A stretch of 64,000 nt of DNA from Clostridia bacterium (GTDB lineage Bacteria; Bacillota; Clostridia; Christensenellales; Aristaeellaceae): the NCBI GenBank assembly GCA_017541205.1, contig JAFXZO010000082.1:3248-67247 (forward strand), written 5' to 3'. The position numbers and the translations under genes were made by a program. Positions 9,901 through 20,349 of the stretch are shown here, piece by piece. A model generated the notes under the pieces. It saw only the letters and a list, made by a program, of their open reading frames with translations. It was not told where the DNA came from and did not search any database. The stretch's first letter is position 1, and each line of letters begins with the position of its first letter.

Positions 9901-10746
9901 TCATTCGGTCACGCCGCGCAGAAAGCGAAGCGCGTTCTTCAGCGCCGGCAGGTTTTCCTCCGGCCCTTCAAACTCATAGGATACCACGCCCTGGTACCCC
10001 GCGTCCTTCAGGATCTTCAGGCACCTTCGGATGGGCACCATGCCGTGGCCGGCCACCGTGCCGCGGAGGTAATTGCCGTTTCGGGTGCGGAGCCAGCCCT
10101 CGCCCGGATCGTCGTCCTGAAAGGATTTGAAAAGAAAATCCTTGACGTGCGCATGGAACGCGTAGGGCGCGGCGATGGCGACGGCGCGAAGCGGGTTATC
10201 GTCCGCGCACAGGAAATTGCCGACGTCCACCAGCCAGCCGTAATTGGGATGATCGACCGTGCGGATCAATTCCTCCACGCGCTCGGCGTCCTGCAGGATC
10301 AGGCCGTGGTTTTCCGTGCAGGTGCGCACGCCCTTTTCCGCCGCGTACTGCGTCACCTCGCGGATCAGCGGGGCCGCCTTTTCGACGCCCTGCCGCCAGG
10401 ACATGCCCGCGGGCAGACGCCAGAACGCGTCGTGCCGCAAGACCGGCGCGCCTAAAAGCGCTGCGATGTCCGCCTGCGCCTTGACCGCCTGCACCGCGTT
10501 TTCCCGGTTCAGGAAATCCGCCTTGACCGCGTAGGCGGCGATGGGAAGGCCGAGCTTTTCACAGTGTTCCCGGATCGATCGGGCCAGGGCGGAGAGGCTT
10601 TCCGCCGGCTGCGTTTCCAGGCTGAGATCGATGAACTCGATCGCGTCAAAGCCCATTTCCCTGGCCAGATCGCAGATGGTGAAATAGTCCGCGCGGGTAT
10701 GGTCCATGTATTGCTGGAAGCTGTACGCGGAAACGCCGATCTTCAT
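9901..10746 (-). CDS. Sugar phosphate isomerase/epimerase (xylose-isomerase-like TIM barrel)
   Basis: The start was moved to MKIGVSAYSF (ATG 10746). AP-endonuclease-2/TIM-barrel-like sequence, 22 nt upstream of metF. Confidence 0.75.
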   Translation of the reverse strand: MKIGVSAYSFQQYMDHTRADYFTICDLAREMGFDAIEFIDLSLETQPAESLSALARSIREHCEKLGLPIAAYAVKADFLNRENAVQAVKAQADIAALLGAPVLRHDAFWRLPAGMSWRQGVEKAAPLIREVTQYAAEKGVRTCTENHGLILQDAERVEELIRTVDHPNYGWLVDVGNFLCADDNPLRAVAIAAPYAFHAHVKDFLFKSFQDDDPGEGWLRTRNGNYLRGTVAGHGMVPIRRCLKILKDAGYQGVVSYEFEGPEENLPALKNALRFLRGVTE

Positions 10747-10865
10747 GTGTCCCGTCCCTTTCTTTCGCTTGCCGCTTTTTCGCGGAAAACGGCCGCTTTT
10801 GACCAGTATACCATAGAAGAGCGCCGCATCCAACAAAATTTTCTTCGGAAACGGCTATATTTCAC

Positions 10866-10894
10866 TTGCAATTCCGGGCGGGGAGGCATACAAT
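10866..10894 (+). promoter_or_regulatory. Putative sigma-A promoter for the P-II-like/antiporter pair
   Basis: TTGCAA (10866-10871), 17-nt spacer, TACAAT (10889-10894). Confidence 0.4.
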
Positions 10895-10938
10895 ACGGAC
10901 TGCGCAAAGGCGCAATTCAGATGGAAGGAAGAGGAAAG

Positions 10939-11280
10939 ATGCAGGTATTCGTATTCGTGCTGAACCGAACGGAACACCTGGAAAAATTATTGCAGGAATT
11001 TGCCGGCCACGGCCTCAACGGCGCGACGGTATTGGACAGCAGGGGCATGGCCCGCATCCTGCACAGCGAGGATGAAATGCCGCTGTTTTACGGCCTGCGC
11101 GCCATCATGGAGCCGGAACGCCGCAGCAGCAAAACGATCTTCATGGTGCTTCGGGATGAGCAGGTGGACGTCGCGCGCAAGGTGGTCAATCAGGTGACGG
11201 GCGGGCTGGACGTGCCGGACAGCGGCATCATGTTCGCCCTGCCCCTGACCATGGTGGAAGGACTGGAAAAGAAGAAATGA
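10939..11280 (+). CDS. Small P-II-like (ferredoxin-fold) signalling protein, tentative
   Basis: 113 aa, MQVFVFVLNRTEHLEKLL..GATVLDSRGM.. beta-alpha-beta pattern. AGGAAG-type RBS. The stop overlaps the antiporter start (ATGA at 11277-11280). Confidence 0.5.
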   Translation: MQVFVFVLNRTEHLEKLLQEFAGHGLNGATVLDSRGMARILHSEDEMPLFYGLRAIMEPERRSSKTIFMVLRDEQVDVARKVVNQVTGGLDVPDSGIMFALPLTMVEGLEKKK

Positions 11281-12446
11281 ACACCCTTTTATTGATCGGC
11301 ATCGCGATGGCGGCGGGCCTGCTGGTGAGCCGCGCGGCCAGGGCGGTGAAGCTGCCCAATGTGACGGCGTTTCTGGTGGCCGGGCTGCTGATCGGTCCGT
11401 GCGTGGGCGGGCTGCTCAGCCGCGAGCAGGTCGCCTCCATGGACATTATTTCCGAAGCGGCCCTCGGCTTTATCGCGTACGCCATCGGCGGCGAATTCAA
11501 ACTGGCTTATCTGAAAAAAATCGGCAAAGCGCCGCTGACCATCACGGTTTTCCAGGGCCTGATGACCGCCGTGTGCGTGGACGCGGGCCTGATCCTGTTC
11601 GGGGTGGACGTGCCGCTGGCTTTGCTGCTTGGCGCCATCGCCCTGGCCACGGCCCCGGCCGCGACGCTGATGGTGGTGCGCCAATACAAGGCCGACGGCC
11701 CGGTGACGAGGATGCTGCTGCCCGTGGTCGCGATGGACGACGCGCTGGGCCTGATGGTATACAGCGTTTCCGCCTCCGTTGCCCAGGGCATGCTGGGCGG
11801 CCGGACCTCGTTCCACAGCATGGTTTTGACCCCGCTGATCGAGATCGTGGGCAGCGTGGCGCTGGGCATGGCGCTGGGCGCTGTGCTGGGCTTGTGCGCC
11901 AGGTTCTTCGCCAGCCGCGGCAACAAGCTCGCCCTGTCCATCGCGCTCGTGTTCGCGGGCGTCGGGCTGTGCGATATGCTGAACCTGTCTTCCCTGCTCG
12001 TGTGCATGATGATCGGCGCGGTGATGGTGAACATCAGCCAGCAGCGCGAGGTCCTGATCGAGCAGTGCGACCGGTTTACCCCGCCCCTGTTCCTGCTGTT
12101 CTTCGTGCTTTCCGGCGCGGAATTGGATCTTGGCGTGCTGCCCCAGGTGGGCCTGATCGGCCTGGGATACCTGCTGCTGCGCTCGATCGGCAAATGGGGC
12201 GGCACGATGCTCGGCGCGGTCTGCGTCAAGGCGGATAAAAAAATCAAGCATTACCTGGGCCTGACGCTTTTGCCCCAGGCCGGCGTCGCCATCGGCATGT
12301 CCGCCCAGGTCGCGGCCAAATTCCCGACCCTGGGCGCGCAGGTGAGCACGATCGTGCTGGCGGGCGTGCTGGTGTTTGAACTGGTCGGCCCGGTGATCAC
12401 CAAGATCGCGCTCACCAAGGCCGGCGAGATCCCCGCGGCGAAATAG
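11277..12446 (+). CDS. Cation:proton antiporter (Na+/H+ exchanger family)
   Basis: 389 aa protein with about 11-12 predicted helices and sequence features typical of the CPA family. Confidence 0.8.
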   Translation: MNTLLLIGIAMAAGLLVSRAARAVKLPNVTAFLVAGLLIGPCVGGLLSREQVASMDIISEAALGFIAYAIGGEFKLAYLKKIGKAPLTITVFQGLMTAVCVDAGLILFGVDVPLALLLGAIALATAPAATLMVVRQYKADGPVTRMLLPVVAMDDALGLMVYSVSASVAQGMLGGRTSFHSMVLTPLIEIVGSVALGMALGAVLGLCARFFASRGNKLALSIALVFAGVGLCDMLNLSSLLVCMMIGAVMVNISQQREVLIEQCDRFTPPLFLLFFVLSGAELDLGVLPQVGLIGLGYLLLRSIGKWGGTMLGAVCVKADKKIKHYLGLTLLPQAGVAIGMSAQVAAKFPTLGAQVSTIVLAGVLVFELVGPVITKIALTKAGEIPAAK

Positions 12447-12466
12447 CCGCGCCCCGTTGCTTTCCT

Positions 12467-13174
12467 TCACCGCAGCAGCGTATAGCGGCCCTCCCGGAGC
12501 ACGCGCAGCAATTCCCCGTTGTCCCGGACGCGTTCATCCGTCAGGATGCCGCCGCACGCGGGATCGTCGGAGCGGTGATAATCGCTGCCGCTGGTTTTGA
12601 TTTTGCGCTTCATTTCCGCCCAGGCGTTTGCAAGATCGTTGTGCGAATCGTGGCGGAGATTGCCGTTGAAAACCTCGTATCCGTCAAAATACCGCGGGTC
12701 CTGCATGACCGTATCGCAGCGGAAGGGATGGGCGTGCACGAGGAGAAGGCCCGCCGCGCGCACGGACTGGCTCAGCGCTTCCAGGCTCATGCGCCGTACG
12801 TCTCCGGTCTCAAAAAGCCATTTTTCCGTTACGCCGTACACCAGATAATCGTTGGGATAATAGTGCATCCAGCCCCGGGAAAGGTATTCCCCGGGCAGCG
12901 GCTCAACGGGCGAAAGGTTGATCTCGCACCCCAGCAGCACGTCCAGATCCCGCCCGGCGGCGGTTTTGAGCGCTTCGTAGCCCCGGATAAAACGCTCCGC
13001 TTTCTTCTCCCACGGCGCGTCCTCCATGCCGCCGTATGTGCCGCGGTTGATATGGTTGGTGGATACGACCCCGCTGTATCCCGCCGCGCGGTAAGCGTCG
13101 ACCAATTCCCGGGCCGAGGCGGTCGCGCAGGCGCTGACCTCCCGGTTATGGCAGTGAAGCTCCAGCTTGTACAT
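12467..13174 (-). CDS. PHP-domain metal-dependent phosphoesterase
   Basis: The start was moved to MYKLELHCHN (ATG 13174, GAAGGAG 6 nt upstream). HxH motif at the N-terminus and further His/Asp ligand positions. Confidence 0.7.
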   Translation of the reverse strand: MYKLELHCHNREVSACATASARELVDAYRAAGYSGVVSTNHINRGTYGGMEDAPWEKKAERFIRGYEALKTAAGRDLDVLLGCEINLSPVEPLPGEYLSRGWMHYYPNDYLVYGVTEKWLFETGDVRRMSLEALSQSVRAAGLLLVHAHPFRCDTVMQDPRYFDGYEVFNGNLRHDSHNDLANAWAEMKRKIKTSGSDYHRSDDPACGGILTDERVRDNGELLRVLREGRYTLLR

Positions 13175-13567
13175 GGCAGGCTCCTTCATCATTTGGCTTT
13201 TTCCCGGCGCTTGCGGGCCGGGCGAAAGCCTTTTTTTCTTGTGTTTGCAGCCGTTCCCCGGCGTCAGATCTGCTTCATCCGCATTCGGATTGTTAAAAAT
13301 CCGAATAAAAAGAACGGAATGATATTTCAAAAGATCATCGGCCGGCGACCGATCCCGATTTGATGTTTCAATCTTAACACAAGAAAAGCGAAAAGAAAAG
13401 GGCGCAATCATTCACCGTGTCGGTGAAATTGCGTCCTTGCGTTTTATCGCTGACTGCATGCAACCGGGCCCGCAGGCCCTTCGATTCTGATCCGCAGGGG
13501 CCCGAAGCGCCCGGAAAACCTGCCATTAGCTGTCTTTCAACGACAGAGATTTTTTATGGGCAGGAGG

Positions 13568-13816
13568 TTATTCCCCCCGAATCTTGCGAACGATCAGCAG
13601 CAGCAGGCAAGCGCCGCCCACGGCGACCAGCAGGCTGTAGGGATTAAAGCCGGTCACGCCGGTCCCGCCGAGCAGGGAGGCCGCAAAGCCGCCGATGTTC
13701 GCGCCCAGGATGCCGATGAGCATGTTGGCCAGAAAGCCGCGCTTTTCATTTCCCATGATCTTCCCCGCGATGAATCCGGCCAAAGCGCCGAGCACAATCC
13801 AAAGCAGAATACTCAT
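13568..13816 (-). CDS. GlsB/YeaQ/YmgE-family small stress membrane protein
   Basis: 82 aa, MSILLWIVLGALAGFIAGKIMG.. with Gly-rich helices. AAAGGAG RBS. It sits inside a longer ORF in the track. Confidence 0.8.
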   Translation of the reverse strand: MSILLWIVLGALAGFIAGKIMGNEKRGFLANMLIGILGANIGGFAASLLGGTGVTGFNPYSLLVAVGGACLLLLIVRKIRGE

Positions 13817-13976
13817 GTTTTTTCTCCTTTCAGAATCTCGGATCCCGAGGTGATCCACCTGATATTGTATGCCATTCCCGAAAAAAAGCAACCGTATTTT
13901 TATAAATCTTTTTCCGAATGGCTCCCCGGGGCTGCTGCTTGATGATTTTTCTTTGTCCGTTTGCCGCAAACCGCTC

Positions 13977-14005
13977 TTGACAAGACGGAAGGGCAGACGT
14001 ATAAT
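13977..14005 (+). promoter_or_regulatory. Consensus sigma-A promoter of the LacI-headed operon
   Basis: TTGACA (13977-13982), exactly 17 nt, TATAAT (14000-14005). Confidence 0.55.
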
Positions 14006-14058
14006 AATGAAAAAGTAACCGCTTAACCTGACCACAAAAGACATGAAAGGAGCTTTTC

Positions 14059-15087
14059 ATGTCCTACAGCATTGCAGATATCGCGCAGCGCGCAGGCGTT
14101 TCCACGGCGACGGTGTCCCGGGTCATCAACCATATCTCCAAAGGCGTGGGCGAAGAAACGCGGGAGAGGGTGCTTTCGGTGATCCGCGAGATGAACTACC
14201 GGCCCAATCTCCAGGCCCGGGCCATCGCCAAAGCCCGCAGCGGCATCATCGGCGTCATCATCCCGGACGTGGGCAATCTGTTTTATCCGCAGGTGCTGCG
14301 GGGGATCGACGACTGCCTGAAGGAGCAGGGGTACGCCATGCTGCTGTGCAATTCCGATTCCGATCCGGAGCAGGAAAAGCGGGAGCTATTGTTCATGGTG
14401 GATCATCGGGTGGAGGGCGTGATCCTGTGCAGCGGCGTGAGCAACGAAAGCTTCCTGAAAACCTACCGCGCCTACGAGATCCCGCTGGTGATGATCGGGC
14501 GCACCTTCGACAGCCCGTACGCCGACGGCTGCATCTGCGGCGATAACGAATCGGGGATGTACCGTTCCGCCTCCTACCTGATCGGCCACGGGAACCGCCG
14601 GATCCTGTATCTGGACGGGCCCGCCAACGTGGCCGGGCCCATGCAGCGGCTGGCAGGCTACCAAAAAGCGCTGGCCGCGCACGGCATCGCCCCGTCGCCC
14701 GCCCTGATCCATCAGGGGGAATTCTCCATCCGGTACGGCATGGACTGCGTGAACAGGCTGCTGCGCGAAGGGGTTTCCTTCTCCGCCGTCGCCGCGGGGA
14801 GCGACCTGATCGCCATCGGCGCGGTCAAGGCGCTGCTGGGGCGCGGGATCAAAGTCCCGTGGGATGTGGAGGTCATCGGCTTTGACAACATTGACTTAAG
14901 CAGCATTTTCGATCCGAACCTGTCCACCGTTTCCAAGCCGCACGGCGCGATGGCCGAGCAGGCCGCCCGCATGCTGCTGGGCATCATCCGGGGCGAACCG
15001 CCCGGCGAAAAACGCGTTACGACCGCTTCGGAGCTGATCCTCCGCGGCACGACCCGACCGGACCCCAAAGGAGATGAGAAGCCATGA
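14059..15087 (+). CDS. LacI-family transcriptional regulator
   Basis: N-terminal HTH (YSIADIAQRAGVSTATVSRVIN) followed by a periplasmic-binding-fold sensor domain. ATGA overlap with the next gene. Confidence 0.9.
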   Translation: MSYSIADIAQRAGVSTATVSRVINHISKGVGEETRERVLSVIREMNYRPNLQARAIAKARSGIIGVIIPDVGNLFYPQVLRGIDDCLKEQGYAMLLCNSDSDPEQEKRELLFMVDHRVEGVILCSGVSNESFLKTYRAYEIPLVMIGRTFDSPYADGCICGDNESGMYRSASYLIGHGNRRILYLDGPANVAGPMQRLAGYQKALAAHGIAPSPALIHQGEFSIRYGMDCVNRLLREGVSFSAVAAGSDLIAIGAVKALLGRGIKVPWDVEVIGFDNIDLSSIFDPNLSTVSKPHGAMAEQAARMLLGIIRGEPPGEKRVTTASELILRGTTRPDPKGDEKP

Positions 15088-16025
15088 CCGCCCTGGCCGC
15101 CAAGACGGAAAAGCCCGCAGAAAAAAAGCCCGCAAAATCCCTTTGGCGCAGGATCTGGGATTACCGCGTGATCTACCTGATGCTGCTGCCGACGATCCTG
15201 TACTTCGTGCTGTTCAAATGCCGGACCGTATGGGGCATGAAGCTCGCCTTCTACGATTACCGGCCCCGGGGGGAGGACGTCTTCGCCGGATGGAAGTTTT
15301 TCCAGCAGGTGTTTTCCTCCCCGACCTTCGGCACCATCATCTTCAACACCATCAAGATCAACCTGATGCGCACGCTGCTCAACTGGTTTTTCCCGGTGGC
15401 GTTCGCCATCATGCAGCACGAGGTGCAGCGCAAGGCCTTCCGCAAGACCGTGCAGGTGGTGTCGTACCTGCCGCACTTTTTGAGCTGGGTGGTCATTTAC
15501 GGCATCTGGGCCAGCGCCCTGCAATACAACGGCCTGCTCAACAACCTGTATGATCTCTTCGGCGCGGAATACAAAAACCTGCTCCTTCGCAGCGATACCA
15601 TCGTGGGCGTCATCGGCGCTTCCTCCCTGTGGCGCAACATCGGGTGGGATTCCATCATCTATCTGGCCGCCATCCTGGCCATCGATACCACCCTTTACGA
15701 CGCCGCCACGGTGGACGGCGCGTCCCGCTGGCAGATCATCCGGCACATCATCCTGCCCGCCCTGGTGCCCACCATGGCCACCATCCTGATCCTCAACTGC
15801 GGCTACATCATGGACGCCGGGGTGGACCAGATCCTGGTGTTCCAGAACACGGCGGTGCAGAACAAGATCGAGGTGCTGGATACCTACGTCTACCGGGTGG
15901 GCCTGCTGCAGGGCAACTATTCCTTTTCCTCCGCCGCGGGCCTGTTCAAGAGCGCCGTGGGGCTCGTGTTCGTGGTGGCGGCCCGCACCGCCTCCCGCAG
16001 CCTGACCCAGTCGGGCGGCCGATAA
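15084..16025 (+). CDS. Sugar ABC transporter permease (LplB/YteP-like)
   Basis: 313 aa membrane protein with permease loop ..YDAATVDGASRWQIIRHIILP.. Confidence 0.85.
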   Translation: MTALAAKTEKPAEKKPAKSLWRRIWDYRVIYLMLLPTILYFVLFKCRTVWGMKLAFYDYRPRGEDVFAGWKFFQQVFSSPTFGTIIFNTIKINLMRTLLNWFFPVAFAIMQHEVQRKAFRKTVQVVSYLPHFLSWVVIYGIWASALQYNGLLNNLYDLFGAEYKNLLLRSDTIVGVIGASSLWRNIGWDSIIYLAAILAIDTTLYDAATVDGASRWQIIRHIILPALVPTMATILILNCGYIMDAGVDQILVFQNTAVQNKIEVLDTYVYRVGLLQGNYSFSSAAGLFKSAVGLVFVVAARTASRSLTQSGGR

Positions 16026-16044
16026 AGAAAGGAGGCGTCGGATC

Positions 16045-16947
16045 ATGCGTACGGATTCTTCTTCCGCCCGGAAAAATCCTTTCCGCGGCTTAAGCGTCGG
16101 CACGGTGCTGGTCGGCCTGTTCATGGTGCTGCTGTGCCTGGTCATCCTGGTTCCGCTGCTGAACCTGGTGGCCAAATCCCTGTGCGATCCTTTGCAGGTC
16201 AGCCATATGACGGGCTACCAGATCTGGCCCAACAAATTTTCCCTGGTGCATTATCAGGTGATCCTGAGCACGGATTCCATCTGGAGGGCCGTGATGAATT
16301 CCCTGATCATCACCCTGACCGGCACGGCGCTGAGCGTGGTGCTCACCTGCTCCAGCGCCTATGCCCTCACCCGCCCCGGCCTGCCCGGGAAAAAGCTGCT
16401 GATGGGGTTTTTCCTGGCCATGATGGTGCTTTCCGCCCCCATCCTGCAATGGTATCTGGTCATGAAGGGCTATAAGCTGATCAACAACCGCCTTTCCATG
16501 ATCCTCTACGGCTGCGTGGACGTATACAACATGATCCTGCTTATGCGCTTTTTTGAGGAAACGCCCAAGGCTATCCTGGAAGCGGCCCGGGTGGACGGCG
16601 CGGGGGACTGGACGCTGCTGTTCCGCATCTTCATCCCGCTCAACAAGGTGCCCATCATCACCATCATGCTGTTCTATATCGTGCCCAAATGGAATGAATA
16701 CTTTGCCAGCGGCGTGTTCCTGCCCGATACCAGCGTGCGCGTGCTGCAATGCTATCTGAGGGAATTCGTGGTCAACAACAATTCGGAGGCGCTGAGCAAG
16801 GATATTTACGCCATGTTCCGCGATCTCAACCTCTCCGCCCTGCAGAACGCCACCATCGTCATCAGCATCCTGCCGCTTTTGTGCCTGTATCCCACCATCC
16901 TCAAATACTTCACCAGCGGCGTGCTCGCCGGCGGCGTGAAGGAATAA
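16045..16947 (+). CDS. Sugar ABC transporter permease (LplC/YtcP-like)
   Basis: 300 aa membrane protein with ..LEAARVDGAGDWTLLFRIFIP.. GGAGG RBS. Confidence 0.85.
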   Translation: MRTDSSSARKNPFRGLSVGTVLVGLFMVLLCLVILVPLLNLVAKSLCDPLQVSHMTGYQIWPNKFSLVHYQVILSTDSIWRAVMNSLIITLTGTALSVVLTCSSAYALTRPGLPGKKLLMGFFLAMMVLSAPILQWYLVMKGYKLINNRLSMILYGCVDVYNMILLMRFFEETPKAILEAARVDGAGDWTLLFRIFIPLNKVPIITIMLFYIVPKWNEYFASGVFLPDTSVRVLQCYLREFVVNNNSEALSKDIYAMFRDLNLSALQNATIVISILPLLCLYPTILKYFTSGVLAGGVKE

Positions 16948-17060
16948 CCCCGTTCCCATCCGCACGGGAAAAAGCCGGGCGCGATCCGCGGCGCTTTGCT
17001 TCTACCGTAAGGAAAGCGGATTTCATCTATGCTCAGCGGAGAAAGAATAGGAGGAACAGT

Positions 17061-18515
17061 ATGAAAAAGATCCTGGCTCTCGCACTTGTCTGCATCCTGG
17101 CCCTCGGCCTGACGGGCGCCGCCCTGGCCGCGGACGACGTGACCACCCTGAAGGTGCTGGTACGCACGGGCGACCTAAGCGGCTATCAGCCCGGCATCGA
17201 CGCGCTGAACGAAAAGCTGGCCCAGGCCGGCATCAAGGCAAAGCTCGAATGGATCGGCCAGGCCTCTTCCGGCTATCCGGACTTCGTCAACAACATGCTT
17301 TTGACCTGGGACGAAAACGAGGTGTACGACCTGATCTACGTCCAGGGCACCGCCATCGATCCCGGCTATCTGGGCTCTCTGGGCCTGCTGGTCGATATGA
17401 CCGATCTGCTGGCCGCCTCCAAGAACGCCAAGGCCGTCTATGACGCCAATCCCATCCTGCAGGCCCAGTTCGCCAGCTGCCCCTATCTGATGTGACCCTC
17501 CCAGGTCAACAAGGTGCTGCAGTTCCGCACCGACGCCCTGAAGGCCTGCCCCAGCTACGAAGCGTTCCTGGCAAAGCCCGATCAGGACGCGTACGCGAAG
17601 CTCTTTGAAGAGCTGGCCGCCCAGAGCTATGAAGGCGCGCTGACCACCCAGGGCATCGATTATCTGTTCGATACCGGCATCGACGGCGGCTTCGGCATCA
17701 CCGCGACCTGGCTCAGGCAGGAGGACGGCTCCTATGTGTACAGCCGCGTCAGCGACAACTTCCTCAAGGAGCTGCAGTGGTGGCGTCAATTGTACGTGAA
17801 CGGCTCGCTGCACGCCAACTTTGCCACCGATAACTGGGAGAGCATGGAAAACGCGCTGTATACCGGCAAGGTGGCCGGCATCGCCATGAAGGGCGGCGCG
17901 TACACCGTGTACTATGATACCAACACCGTGCAGAACTACGGCGAGGACGCGACCCTCACCATCCTGCCCCCCATGGTATCCGAAGCCGGCGATCAGCAGT
18001 ACAAGATCACTTCCAATAAGTTCGACCGCGGCTGGGTGATCTCCACCACCTGCAAGGATCCGCAGCTGGCCTTCGACGTGCTGGACTTCATGCTGAGCGA
18101 GGAAGGCCGCAAGTTCGACCTCTTCGGCATCGAGGGCACCGACTACACCCTGAACGGGGACGGCACCTATAACCTCCTGGTCAACTCCTCCGAAACCAGC
18201 ATCTACCGCATCTTCGACGCTGACGTGTTCGGCGGCATCGACGTGCAGGCCATCACCACCGGCGTGCCCTATTGGCCCGCCCCCAGCTTCGCTTCCTCCG
18301 AAATGACCGCCAAGTACGGCAAGGCCGACAATGACTTCGTGATCCCCGAAGAATACGTCACCGCCTGGACCGCCTGCGAAGCGCTGTGGAAGGAATTCGC
18401 CACCCAGTACATCCTGGGCGAGAAGACCGACGCCGATTGGCAGGCCTTCGTGGACACCTGGAACAGCTACGGCGGAAACCAGGTTGCCGCCTACGCCGCC
18501 ACCGTCATCAAATAA
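17061..18515 (+). pseudogene. LplA-like extracellular solute-binding protein gene interrupted by one in-frame TGA (17493-17495)
   Basis: AGGAGG RBS and signal peptide MKKILALALVCILALGLTGAALA. The two track ORFs (ending 17495 and starting 17514) are in the same frame: ..SCPYLM*PSQVNKVLQFRTD.. Confidence 0.7.
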
Positions 18516-18526
18516 TCAACGTTTAC

Positions 18527-18560
18527 GGCCGGGACGGGCCTGCGCCTGTCCCGGCCTTTG
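18527..18560 (+). terminator. Putative intrinsic terminator after the binding-protein gene
   Basis: GGCCGGGAC (18527-18535) pairs with GTCCCGGCC (18548-18556), followed by TTTG (weak U tract). Confidence 0.45.
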
Positions 18561-18571
18561 CAAGCGCAGCA

Positions 18572-19330
18572 ATGAAGAAAGATTTTTCCGCCGTCCGCCT
18601 GCTGGCCTTTGATCTGGACGGCACCCTCCTGCCCCCCGACAAGCGCCTGACGGAGCGTACACTGCGGGCTTTGGACGCCTGCCGGGAAAGAGGGCTGCTC
18701 CTGGCCTTCGCCACCGGACGGACGGAGCTGGGCGCCAAAGCGTATCTTGACGCGGTGCGGCCCGACGCCGCCGTGCTCAGCTACGGCAGCCATGTGATCG
18801 TCCGGGGGCGCACGGTGTTTCGGCGCTTCCTGTCCCCCAAGGTCGCCACCCGGGTGATGCGAAGGGCGAAGGACGCCAGCAGCCTGCGCTGCCAGACGGA
18901 GGACGGCGTGCGCCTCACCTGCGGCCGGGAGGAAATAGGCTGCCTGCCCCTGGACAGGGACGCGCCCATCACCCGGCGGGTGGATTACCTCAGCGCCTGG
19001 GATCTGCCGCAGGAACAGGCCAGGCTTATCGCCCGGGAGGAAAGATGCTGCCTGAGCCAGCTGTGCGCCTCCCGATGGTGCAATTTCAACCCTTACGGCT
19101 GCAGCAAGGGCAGCGGGATGCGCCGGGCGTTCGAGGCCCTGGGGCTCCCTTTTGGCGCGGGCCTCGCCTTCGGAGACGAGGACTGCGATTTGGCCTTCTT
19201 CCGCGTGTGCGGGATGGGCGTCGCCATGGCAAACGGCGATGAAGCCACCCGCGCAAAGGCGGATTTTATTGCGGAAAGCTGCGGGGAAGACGGCGTCGCC
19301 GCGTTCCTCGAAAGATATATCCTGCTGTAA
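18572..19330 (+). CDS. HAD-superfamily (Cof-type) phosphatase
   Basis: Start at [20 protein letters not shown] (DxDGT motif I). C-terminal GDEDCD motif. Confidence 0.8.
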   Translation: MKKDFSAVRLLAFDLDGTLLPPDKRLTERTLRALDACRERGLLLAFATGRTELGAKAYLDAVRPDAAVLSYGSHVIVRGRTVFRRFLSPKVATRVMRRAKDASSLRCQTEDGVRLTCGREEIGCLPLDRDAPITRRVDYLSAWDLPQEQARLIAREERCCLSQLCASRWCNFNPYGCSKGSGMRRAFEALGLPFGAGLAFGDEDCDLAFFRVCGMGVAMANGDEATRAKADFIAESCGEDGVAAFLERYILL

Positions 19331-19344
19331 AGGAGGATGATTCG

Positions 19345-20337
19345 ATGCTGACACGGAAGCAATTGCAGGAAAACCCTGCGCTGCTCAGCGACAAGGCCCG
19401 GGGCGCGCTGTGCGGCCTTGCCATCGGCGATTCCTTCGGCGACGCCGCCCGCAAGCCGGAATACCAGCGGGACTACGGCATCACCACCGATTTTCACCCC
19501 GGCGAAGCCTGGAGCACGGACGATACGGAATTCGCCCTGATGGTGGCGGAAACCATCCTGGAGGCGGGCGGGGATTTCACCGCGGAGGACGTGGAGCGCA
19601 TGTGGCGCAGGCACGTGGTGGTGCAGGACGAGCTGAAAAGGGGCGGCGTGAGCGAAATGGACGCCGCTTCCAACCTGCGCAGGGGCATGCACGCGCCGCA
19701 GTCCGGCATGTTCGGCACCCACACCTTTTCCGACGGCGCGGCCATGCGCTGCGGCCCGATCGGTATTTTCTGCGCGGGTCAAATCGACCGGGCGAAGGAG
19801 CTGTGCCGCATCGACGCGGAAATCAGCCACTGCCGGGACGGCGTCTGGGGCGCGCAGATGGTGGCGGTCGCCGTTGCGCTGGCGATGGCGGACGCGCCGT
19901 TTGATCTGATCTTCGAGGAAGCGCTCAAATGCGCGCCCGCGGATTCCTGGATGCGCATGAAGCTCCAGGAGGCCTATGATATCGTGGACGAAGCGCACGG
20001 CGAAATGACGGACGCCTGGATGCCCCTGCACGACCGCCTGTTCTGCTCCTACCGCGCCGCCACGCCGGAAGCCATCGCCGAAGCCTTCGGATGCCTGCGG
20101 CTGGCGCACGGTTCGTTCAAGAGCGGCGTGCTGCTCGCGACCAACTTCGGCCGGGACGCGGACACCATCGGCGCGGTGGTCGGCTGCATCCTGGGCGCGC
20201 GGTACGGCGCGTCCTCCATCCCCGCGCACTGGCTGGAGCATACCCGCTACCCCTCCGGCACCTGCCTGCAATTCACAAAAGGGATCGACCTGTTCGATAA
20301 AGCGGAAGCGCTGGCGCAGCTGGTCATGAAAGCTTAA
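19345..20337 (+). CDS. ADP-ribosylglycohydrolase-family protein
   Basis: 330 aa with [17 protein letters not shown] and [20 protein letters not shown] motifs of the ARH/DraG fold. AAGGAGG RBS. Confidence 0.85.
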   Translation: MLTRKQLQENPALLSDKARGALCGLAIGDSFGDAARKPEYQRDYGITTDFHPGEAWSTDDTEFALMVAETILEAGGDFTAEDVERMWRRHVVVQDELKRGGVSEMDAASNLRRGMHAPQSGMFGTHTFSDGAAMRCGPIGIFCAGQIDRAKELCRIDAEISHCRDGVWGAQMVAVAVALAMADAPFDLIFEEALKCAPADSWMRMKLQEAYDIVDEAHGEMTDAWMPLHDRLFCSYRAATPEAIAEAFGCLRLAHGSFKSGVLLATNFGRDADTIGAVVGCILGARYGASSIPAHWLEHTRYPSGTCLQFTKGIDLFDKAEALAQLVMKA

Positions 20338-20349
20338 CAGGAGAAGCAT

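Noticed and set aside
13175-13567. ~390-nt gap upstream of the PHP-domain gene as a riboswitch
   Set aside because: It contains a few local hairpins (for example ATTCGGAT/ATCCGAAT at ~13283-13306). I could see no multi-helix architecture or known conserved riboswitch core, so the evidence is insufficient.
14712-16175. 487-aa minus-strand ORF, and the similar one at 45386-46810
   Set aside because: They are antisense to the LacI/permease genes and to the cca gene respectively. No independent support.
17493-17495. In-frame TGA as selenocysteine or as a sign of an alternative genetic code
   Set aside because: No SECIS-like hairpin is evident directly downstream, and binding proteins are not selenoproteins. 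Many other genes in the window terminate at TGA, so TGA is a normal stop here.
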